From NCBI GenBank assembly GCA_039811685.1, contig JBDHZC010000003.1:96001-160000 (forward strand): a stretch of 64,000 nucleotides of DNA, read 5' to 3'. Of this stretch, positions 56,507 through 64,000 are shown in pieces (positions within the stretch are counted from its first letter, which is position 1; every line of letters begins with the position of its first letter). Made by a program: the position numbers and the translations under genes. Below the pieces are notes generated by a model, which ran no database searches, had not been told where the DNA came from, and worked only from the letters and a program-made list of their open reading frames with translations. Origin of the DNA: Armatimonadota bacterium. Lineage in GTDB: Bacteria > Armatimonadota > UBA5829 > DSUL01.

Positions 56507-58666
56507 TCAGTTCGCGGAAGATCGCGCACTCGCCGCCAACTGCGTAGCGTCAGCGTTTCCTGCAATCAGTACGAAGTGTGTGTTCAGAACGACCTCGCCC
56601 TTCTTGACCTGTGTGCTTTGAGGCCGTGCCGGCGGACAGTCCAGCACATCGAAATGAATACTGCCCCACGGACCGTTGCGAATATCTGAGCGCCGCAGGA
56701 CAAAGCTTTCGGGCTTGTCCTGCGCCTGGACTATCCCGAGCTTGCCGTCGATATTTACCCAGCTTCCCCCAACGACTATTGACGAGATTGTCTGTTCGGC
56801 CGGCGCTGGGTCGTCAAAGGCAAATCGGACTGATGTCTGACCCGTGTCTGAGCTATACTTTCGCAGCCCTTTGTTAAAGAAGTCGCTGGCTACCAGCAGC
56901 CGTAAGCCTTCCGTCTCCGTGACCGTAATGTCCGCATCAGCGATGAACCGCGACTGGATCTCCGCTGTGCCCTTCTGCATATCTACTGCAAAGCTGATTT
57001 CGTGCGTGTACGCCGGTGAGCCATCAGCTTTCGAGTAACTGATACGTCCATAAGTGCGAAAACCACTGTCCGTGAGGCGGTCGCTGTGAGTAGTCTTGGG
57101 GTTGACCTTCGGATCTACACCCTCGACAGCGATACGTCCTGTGAGATTGTTGGCAGCCCACTCACATGCGTCATCCATTCCCTCCGGCACAAACAGTCCC
57201 AGCGGAAACGCTCCGCCAAGTGTCCTCCACGCGAAGGACGCAAACAGCCTCTTGTTGTGAGCAAAGCTGAACCCGGACTCCTCACTGATATGCTGAGATG
57301 TGAGGTTCCGCGCGAAGACTTCGGGTGTCGAAGGTTTGATGGGGACTTTGGCTTTGTGCATCAGGTAGCACAGGCCGAGGTTGGCGTAACAATCCGTCTC
57401 ATATTCGGCCTGCCTGTCCATCATGATGTTCCTTGTGAAGCGCCGGCCAAAGAATGAACCGTCCCCGTTCCAAATCTGCTCGTCCTCAAACGCCTGAAAT
57501 CTGCGCGCTTCAATTTCGCGCGCGTCTCTGTCGCCGTACTGCTGCTGCATCAAAACCAGAGCTGGCATAATAAAATACATCCCGTAGGCGTAGCGCGGCC
57601 AGTCTTTGCCTTCTATATAAGCAAAGCGCTTCTCGAGGAACGTGGGCTTCAGCCTTTCCCATACGTCTCGGAAGTGATGAAGCTGCGCTTCGGGCGGAGT
57701 TGCTCCGGAGCTCTCCAGCGCCCAGCGGCCCCAGGCAACGGAGTGCAGCGGACAGGCCATGTAGCACACGTGATAAGACCCATGATTTTCAATTGTGAAA
57801 TCTGAGTGGATGTTGTCTGTATATACCTGCTCCGACAGCTTTCGTCCATCCACAACTGCATCGGAAGTGGCGTCCTGTGGCGCGGAGAGTGAGTTGAGAT
57901 AGAACTCAATGAGTTTTGCGCGCCACTCTGAAGCGTGAGGGTGGTCCGGGAACATACCGACAGCCACCGCCATCACTTCCGTGTCCCATTCGTTCTCTTC
58001 ACTCTTGGTGTCGCTCAAGGCGCCGGAAGGCGCTTTTCGGCTGAGGTGCCGGTCTGCTTCGTGAGCTACGACTCGCTCGACGGCGCTCCTCTCTTCCACC
58101 GGGATCTTGTCCCAGATGAGATGCGCACCGAGAGCCATCTTTGCGGCCCACCAGGCGGACTGCCAGTGATTGCCCCACTTCTTTCCGTCGCCGCAGGTGA
58201 ACTCCCCTGTCACGTGACTGCCCGTCATATAGCGCAGGCATGCGCGGGCCCGGTCCAGAAGCTCAGCCTGGCTGAAGCCCGTGACACGCTCGTCATAGGC
58301 CGGGTCGCTGGCCAGTAGGCTCATCACAAAAATATAGTTGCCCATCGAGCGCAGGCCCATCTCAGCGGAGTCCGGATCGCCGAAGAAGCCGACGTCGGCT
58401 CGCCCCAGATAGTTGTTTCGCCATCCGCGCTCGCCGTACAGCGGAAACCGCTCCAGCACTCGCATATAGTCACTTGTGGAGGGGTAGGCCTCTGTGCGGG
58501 CGGGGCCTTTCTTCAGGAGCTTCAGAGGCTGCGAAGGTGATGGGGTCATCCAGGCCTTCCGGTCAATCGGCGGCTGTAGTACGTCCGTAGCGTGCGCTGA
58601 GCCCGCCAGTGGCGAGAGAATCAGCACCAGAAACACAAACGGCAAGAAAGTGTGCGCGGTCTCCAT
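56507..58666 (-). CDS. Secreted hypothetical protein, possible alpha-toroid plus beta-sandwich polysaccharide lyase-like enzyme
   Basis: Signal peptide; W/H/Y-rich helical N-terminal half (WQSAWW, DTKSEENEW, ENHG..H..Y) and beta-rich C-terminal half (SWVNIDGKLG). Confidence 0.6.
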   Translation of the reverse strand: METAHTFLPFVFLVLILSPLAGSAHATDVLQPPIDRKAWMTPSPSQPLKLLKKGPARTEAYPSTSDYMRVLERFPLYGERGWRNNYLGRADVGFFGDPDSAEMGLRSMGNYIFVMSLLASDPAYDERVTGFSQAELLDRARACLRYMTGSHVTGEFTCGDGKKWGNHWQSAWWAAKMALGAHLIWDKIPVEERSAVERVVAHEADRHLSRKAPSGALSDTKSEENEWDTEVMAVAVGMFPDHPHASEWRAKLIEFYLNSLSAPQDATSDAVVDGRKLSEQVYTDNIHSDFTIENHGSYHVCYMACPLHSVAWGRWALESSGATPPEAQLHHFRDVWERLKPTFLEKRFAYIEGKDWPRYAYGMYFIMPALVLMQQQYGDRDAREIEARRFQAFEDEQIWNGDGSFFGRRFTRNIMMDRQAEYETDCYANLGLCYLMHKAKVPIKPSTPEVFARNLTSQHISEESGFSFAHNKRLFASFAWRTLGGAFPLGLFVPEGMDDACEWAANNLTGRIAVEGVDPKVNPKTTHSDRLTDSGFRTYGRISYSKADGSPAYTHEISFAVDMQKGTAEIQSRFIADADITVTETEGLRLLVASDFFNKGLRKYSSDTGQTSVRFAFDDPAPAEQTISSIVVGGSWVNIDGKLGIVQAQDKPESFVLRRSDIRNGPWGSIHFDVLDCPPARPQSTQVKKGEVVLNTHFVLIAGNADATQLAASARSSAN

Positions 58667-58819
58667 AATGCCACCTGTTAGGCTCTGCGTCCGCTAATTC
58701 CTCCGGCTGGCGCAGAAGCTCATTCAGTCGCGCCTCGCGCGCGCTGTTGCAGGGCGCTTGAGGAGTGCCTCTCGCGTTAGCCAACCCAACACGTCGCTGG
58801 CGTTAGACTCTCGTCCGCT

Positions 58820-59806
58820 TCAGTGACCAGGGAGACGCGTGCCTGTGTTAAAGGCGGCAAAGATTATCACCACGTACATCAGCACGAAAAACCACCCGGT
58901 TGCCCGGGTCAGGCGGCGCCTGCGCAAGTTCACGCCGCCGATCACCGTGAGCGTTACCATAACGACAAATGGCAGGCTCACGACGTGTTTGACAGCTCCA
59001 TGCCCATCAGCCGCATAGACAAACGTCAGGACAGCCAGCAAGAGTGTGTTGTGATTCGCCTGAGATCCGATGAAATTCGCGATGCTGATTTCCGCCAGTT
59101 TTCCGTCGCGTATCACTGTCAGAAACGCAGTGATTTTCTCCGGCATTTCAGATGCGATTGGGCTTAGAATAATGGCGATGGCTATCGGGCTGACATGAAA
59201 CATGTGAGCGACTTCAATCATAGAGCCCACAAACGGATCCGCTGCCAGCAGAATGACAATCCCGCCCGCTACGAAGAACCCGGCTGCTTTCCACAGCTCT
59301 CTCCTTGTCACTGTGCTGGCGCCGTTGCCCGCTGTGCGATAGGCGACGCGCGCGTGCTCCACGACATAAAGCACGAAGATAATCGTAAGGATGATCCCGT
59401 CAACAACCGTCAGATCGTCTCCGATGATCGCCAGGACCAGCGCCGCGAGGGATGCAAAGATCAGAAAAAAGCCGTCAATGCGTGTGTGTGGACTAAGCTC
59501 GATTACGCTGACGGGGTTGCGGCTGAGACGGCTGGTGGCGAACAGTATTACGGAGCCGTAACCGAGCGTTATCAAAAGCGTGCACGCCCCAATGACTGAC
59601 CCGAGCCCGACTTCCGGCGCATCATGCTTTGTCACCGCAAAGATGACGAAAAGATACTCCGGCATTGTTGTGACGAGCGCCAGTAGAATGCTGCCCGCAA
59701 AGTTCACGCCGAACTTCTCAGCAGTCTTCTCGGCCCCTTCACTCAGCAGCGCTCCACCTGCCGTAATGACTAGAAGGAGCAGTGCAAACTCGATCAGAAC
59801 CATCAT
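58820..59806 (-). CDS. Sodium:calcium antiporter (CaCA) family protein
   Basis: Alpha-repeats TTMPE..GSVIG and SEMPE..ANFIGS. Confidence 0.85.
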   Translation of the reverse strand: MMVLIEFALLLLVITAGGALLSEGAEKTAEKFGVNFAGSILLALVTTMPEYLFVIFAVTKHDAPEVGLGSVIGACTLLITLGYGSVILFATSRLSRNPVSVIELSPHTRIDGFFLIFASLAALVLAIIGDDLTVVDGIILTIIFVLYVVEHARVAYRTAGNGASTVTRRELWKAAGFFVAGGIVILLAADPFVGSMIEVAHMFHVSPIAIAIILSPIASEMPEKITAFLTVIRDGKLAEISIANFIGSQANHNTLLLAVLTFVYAADGHGAVKHVVSLPFVVMVTLTVIGGVNLRRRRLTRATGWFFVLMYVVIIFAAFNTGTRLPGH

Positions 59807-59900
59807 TTGCTCCCGCCGGATTCCACCGGGTTACAAACACACCTTTCGCCGCTACCGTCTGCCGCCGGGCTAACGCCCTTCATTGCGTGGCAGGCCAGTA

Positions 59901-61727
59901 TTACTCTACAGTGACACTCTTTGCAAGGTTGCGCGGCTGGTCCACGTCACAACCGCGCCTCGTGGCTATGTGATAAGCGAGAAGCTGCAGGGGCAGGGCA
60001 GTGAGAACAGGCGAAAGATACTCCGGCGCCTCCGGCACGTACACGACTTCATCCGCATGGCGGGCTATCTCCCGGTCGCCCTCTGTCGCAATGGCGAGAA
60101 CGGAACCCTGCCGCGCCCGGATTTCCTGTATGTTTGATAGCATCTTGTCGTAAACTTCGCTTTGGACACAGATGCAGATGGCAGGCAGGCTGTGGTCAAC
60201 CAGCGCGATGGGCCCGTGCTTCATTTCACCCGCAGCATACCCTTCCGCATGGATATATGATATCTCTTTAAGCTTCAGCGCACCCTCCAGAGCGCTCGGA
60301 TAATTATAGCCACGTCCAAGGAACAGCGCGCTCTCAGCCAGATAGTAACGATCGCGCGACTCAAAGATAGCGCCGTCCTGCTCCAGCGCCTGGCGCATTT
60401 TGGAAGGCAGGTCCCTGATCTCTGCGCTCATTTGCATAGCTTCCTCACGAGAGACAGAGCGACGCAGTTGGCCGAGATACACCGTGAACAGCGCGAACGC
60501 GACAATCTGGGAAGTATAAGCTTTCGTACTGGCGACCCCGATTTCCGGCCCCGCGTTCTGATAGATCACTCCGTCAGACTCCCGGGCTATAGAGCTTCCC
60601 ACCACGTTGCAGATCGACAGTACACGCGCTCCTCGCCGCTTCGCCTCCCGAATTCCAGCCAACGTATCCGCTGTCTCTCCGGACTGCGTGACGGCCATCA
60701 CAATCGTACCCTCGTCAATCACCGGATCACGGTAGCGAAACTCGCTGGCCAGGTCCACCTCTACCGGCACGCGCGCAATGCGCTCCAGCAGCAGCCGCCC
60801 GACCAGCCCTGCGTGATAGGCTGTCCCGCAGGCCGTAATCAGAATTTTGCGCGCGTTTCGAAGGTCGTCGTCACTGATGCCAATGTCCCGCAGCTCCACG
60901 ACGCCATCCTCGTCAAAGCGCCCCCGCAGGGTGTTGTTGATGACCTGCGGCTGTTCGTGAATCTCTTTGAGCATAAAGTGCGGGTAGCCAGACTTCTCCG
61001 CCGCGCTTGCGTCCCAGTCGATGCGAGAGATATCCCGCGTCACCGGCCGGCCTTCAAGATCCGTTATCTCGACGGATTCCGCGGAGATGCTCGCCACCTC
61101 CTTCTCGCCGAGATAGATGATTTTACGCGTGTGGTTCAAGATCGCAGGCACGTCGCTGGCGATGAAGTTCTCCCCTTCTCCCAGTCCGAGGATCAGAGGG
61201 CTTCCGGATCGCGCCGCTACCAGGCGGCCCGGCTCTTTGTCGCAGATAATCCCCAGCGCATAAGCGCCCTCAACCATCTGCAGCGCTTCTCGAACGGCGT
61301 GAGCGAGGTCCCCGCGGTAGTGCTGTCCGATCAGGTGCGCCAGCACCTCCGTATCCGTCTGAGAATGAAACTGATGTCCCTCGATCTGAAGCTGATCCTT
61401 CAACGTGTGGTAGTTTTCAATGATGCCGTTGTGAACAACGTGAATCATACCGGCGCCGTCAGAGTGCGGATGTGAGTTCTCCTCAGAAGGCCGTCCGTGA
61501 GTTGCCCACCGCGTATGGCCTACTCCGCCTGTGCCTGCGATGGGGTTCTCGCGCAGGCTCTGAGCTAGTTCCCCCAGCTTACCCACCCGCTTTCGGACGC
61601 AGACGCCCTCGCCTGAAAATATGGCCAGGCCGGCTGAGTCGTAGCCACGGTACTCAAGCCTCTGCAGCCCATCCAACAAAATCGGGACCGCATCTCTGTT
61701 CCCAACGTAACCAACAATCCCACACAT
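59901..61727 (-). CDS. glmS: Glutamine--fructose-6-phosphate transaminase
   Basis: MCGIVG start, LEYRGYDSAG, GHTRWATHG, QSGETADT, PRNLAKSVTVE. Confidence 0.98.
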   Translation of the reverse strand: MCGIVGYVGNRDAVPILLDGLQRLEYRGYDSAGLAIFSGEGVCVRKRVGKLGELAQSLRENPIAGTGGVGHTRWATHGRPSEENSHPHSDGAGMIHVVHNGIIENYHTLKDQLQIEGHQFHSQTDTEVLAHLIGQHYRGDLAHAVREALQMVEGAYALGIICDKEPGRLVAARSGSPLILGLGEGENFIASDVPAILNHTRKIIYLGEKEVASISAESVEITDLEGRPVTRDISRIDWDASAAEKSGYPHFMLKEIHEQPQVINNTLRGRFDEDGVVELRDIGISDDDLRNARKILITACGTAYHAGLVGRLLLERIARVPVEVDLASEFRYRDPVIDEGTIVMAVTQSGETADTLAGIREAKRRGARVLSICNVVGSSIARESDGVIYQNAGPEIGVASTKAYTSQIVAFALFTVYLGQLRRSVSREEAMQMSAEIRDLPSKMRQALEQDGAIFESRDRYYLAESALFLGRGYNYPSALEGALKLKEISYIHAEGYAAGEMKHGPIALVDHSLPAICICVQSEVYDKMLSNIQEIRARQGSVLAIATEGDREIARHADEVVYVPEAPEYLSPVLTALPLQLLAYHIATRRGCDVDQPRNLAKSVTVE

Positions 61728-61893
61728 AGACTCCGGCTGCCTCCAGCACAGCAGAAGCAGTATAACGGTCGATCTCAGGCCCGGCAATGAAACCGTATCC
61801 GCGCCAGCCGGGGCCACCTCAGAAGGAAAAATCGGAGAAAGTGCTGACAGAGTCGTAACAATTCTGGTAATATAGAAGGAACAAGTTACGAAA

Positions 61894-63870
61894 TTGAGGC
61901 CTTCGAGATTGCCTGACTCCTCCTCTCAAAACCAGACGCTCGCCCCGTTGCCTCAGTCTGCTGCTGTCCTGCGAGATGCGTTTTCTCCCTTTTCGGGCTT
62001 TCCGGTCGTAGGTTGTCACGCCCAGGTGCAGATTGCGGGGCAGTCGCCAATCGTGCTTGACCTCACCGCTGACGAGGATTCGGCAGCCGGTCCCCTATTG
62101 AGAGCTTCAAGCGCCAGTCTCTCACTGACCGCGCGCTATACCCAGTCTCCAGGTCGTCACATTCTTGACGAAGCAGTGACCGTGAAATTCTCCAGTCCTC
62201 CAGCCCGATTGCGGGGGCTGCATTTTGGCTGGGAGTTTTCGCTGGCTCAACTATCCGGATTTCGCCTGCACCCCGTTCCCTTCAGAGTGGGCCTGGACGG
62301 AGTGGACAGAAGTGTGCGGCTGGAGGAATCCAGTCAGATAGACGACTATGCCGAAGGCTGGATTCTGGAGAACGGAGAGCGTGGTTTGCTGGTAATGCGT
62401 CTGCCTTCGGGCAGTGCGCGCACCTGCTTTGTCCCGGCTTGCACGCACGACGACAGTCCGGATGCGACGCTGCAGATCGGCTCGTTCGGGCCCGACGTCC
62501 GCGCCGCCGACGACGGCCCTGAGCACAGAACCCAGTCGTACTTTCTGATTGAGGGTGCGGTGGACGGGCATCTCGAGCTTCCTCTGACTCGCTACATCGT
62601 CTATGAGGGCGGATGGGAGGAGGGGGTTCATCTATTCAGAGAGTCGCTTGTCCAGAGTCTGCCCCGGATTGGAAGCTACCGCCCGTCCCCAGTGACCTAC
62701 AACACATTTCATGACTTTGGCCCGGCTTATACTCGTCAGGACATTCTGAGTGCGCTTCCGCGCCTGCAGCAGATTGGATTCGGAATGTTGCATCTGGACC
62801 CCGGATGGGAGACTGCCTGGGGGTCGGCGCAGTGGGATGAGTCCAACATGGGAGCTCCTCGAGACCTCATAGAGGCTGCTGCCCGGCATGGGCTCAAAGT
62901 CGGACTGTGGACTTCTATGCACACCCGGGATGTGGAAACTTTCGATGGCTTGCACACCCTGGATGCGCAGGGGCGCAGCTACCTTGCGGAAGAGTTCGGC
63001 CCAGTTAAGCTGTGGGGCGTCTGTCCGATCAGCCGCTGGAAGGAGCTTTTCCTCAGCCGGATGCGGCCGCTTGTTGAAGCGGGTGTCTGCTTCGTCAACT
63101 CTGACTTTCACGACTGGCCATGGTCCGGAGAATCCTGCCATGCGCAGGATCACACTCACAAGACAGTGCCTACGCGGCTTGAGTGGGTTGAAGCTGTCAA
63201 TGACGCGTTTTGCTCATTGCGCCAGTTCAATCCAGACCTGACTGTGGAAATGCACGACCATGTGGAGTCCGGGGAGTACAGAACGCCTGTGTGGTATCTG
63301 TACGGACGCGAAGGCAGCTTCGATGAGAAGTGGGCCTATGAGTTCATGTGGACGACTCATGACGACCTGCTAAGCAGAAAACTCTTTGCGCTTTACCATC
63401 TGCGCAAGGCGGAGCCCATTCCGCTGTATCTCCATATGAACATGATGTCAGACAATGCCAATGCGCTCGCGTTCTGGTATGTTGCTTCCTGCGTGAACCA
63501 CATTGGAGTTGGCGGCGCCCTCAAAGCGCCGTCTGACGTTGTGGAAGGCTACACAAAGGCTATCGCGCTCTACAACGCGCACGCTGATGAGATGACTTCG
63601 GGTGAGTTCGTTGGGCTTGATGAGTTGACTCACGTTCACCTTCACCCTGAGCGCCATCGCGCGTTTCTGCTGGCGTTCAATCTGGAGGATCGTCCCGCAA
63701 CCAGAATGATCCGCTGGCGCTATGGTCGCTCTTGTCCCGATCTCGCGGGTAAGAAGGCTCTCGTGAATAGCCAGGAGCCGGCAGCCAATGGATCTCACGG
63801 CGATGTCGCCACATTTGCCATCGAGATTCCGCCTCGCGGAGTCGCCTTTGCCTCGATAGAGTTCGCGTGA
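61894..63870 (+). CDS. Alpha-galactosidase-like glycoside hydrolase, clan GH-D/GH36-like (start uncertain)
   Basis: PVTYNTF, LHLDPGW, GLKVGLW, FVNSDF, NPDLTVE motifs. Confidence 0.65.
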   Translation: MRPSRLPDSSSQNQTLAPLPQSAAVLRDAFSPFSGFPVVGCHAQVQIAGQSPIVLDLTADEDSAAGPLLRASSASLSLTARYTQSPGRHILDEAVTVKFSSPPARLRGLHFGWEFSLAQLSGFRLHPVPFRVGLDGVDRSVRLEESSQIDDYAEGWILENGERGLLVMRLPSGSARTCFVPACTHDDSPDATLQIGSFGPDVRAADDGPEHRTQSYFLIEGAVDGHLELPLTRYIVYEGGWEEGVHLFRESLVQSLPRIGSYRPSPVTYNTFHDFGPAYTRQDILSALPRLQQIGFGMLHLDPGWETAWGSAQWDESNMGAPRDLIEAAARHGLKVGLWTSMHTRDVETFDGLHTLDAQGRSYLAEEFGPVKLWGVCPISRWKELFLSRMRPLVEAGVCFVNSDFHDWPWSGESCHAQDHTHKTVPTRLEWVEAVNDAFCSLRQFNPDLTVEMHDHVESGEYRTPVWYLYGREGSFDEKWAYEFMWTTHDDLLSRKLFALYHLRKAEPIPLYLHMNMMSDNANALAFWYVASCVNHIGVGGALKAPSDVVEGYTKAIALYNAHADEMTSGEFVGLDELTHVHLHPERHRAFLLAFNLEDRPATRMIRWRYGRSCPDLAGKKALVNSQEPAANGSHGDVATFAIEIPPRGVAFASIEFA

Positions 63871-64000
63871 ACTCCGATTCTGCGCGCTCCCGGGAAGCTC
63901 TTGAGGAGCTGAATCAGAGGATTATCGCCTGTGAGAAGTGCCCGCGGCTTCGCCAGTATTGCCGCGAGGTGGCAGCTCAAAAGCGCCGGATGTACAGAGA

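Noticed and set aside
61728..61890. glmS ribozyme upstream of glmS
   Set aside because: A TATACT -10 box lies only about 30 nt from the ATG and no ribozyme core sequence is recognisable.

Overview
This is a gene-dense, GC-rich bacterial chromosomal segment with no evident mobile element, CRISPR array or rRNA. A PEP-CTERM protein, a prepilin/H-X9-DG protein and a recurrent 'GLxNxGLLVxxxG' C-terminal domain suggest Armatimonadota or a similar lineage (inference). It encodes a partial M4 protease, tldD/tldE, MarR with a ClC channel, LemA, two PhyH dioxygenases, transporters (AspT/YidE, ActP, TSUP, EamA, CaCA), queF, an ABC-F ATPase, four tRNAs (Leu-GAG, Val-CAC, Gly-CCC, Cys-GCA), several secreted modular enzymes, uppP, a KimA-USP-TrkA potassium operon, an orphan GlmL/MutL-like pair, nagZ and glmS. 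The main finding is a complete TPP (thiamine pyrophosphate) riboswitch, with promoter and terminator platform, that controls a single type IV pilin-like DUF1559/H-X9-DG gene. This suggests pilin-like proteins may act in vitamin or nutrient acquisition. Other notable items are a putative C-terminal surface-sorting domain shared by three unrelated secreted proteins (one is a catalytically empty 20-aa-repeat scaffold), a small TRAM-domain gene embedded in about 650 nt of structured non-coding RNA, and several apparently leaderless genes. All calls come from motif recognition by eye; no searches were run.
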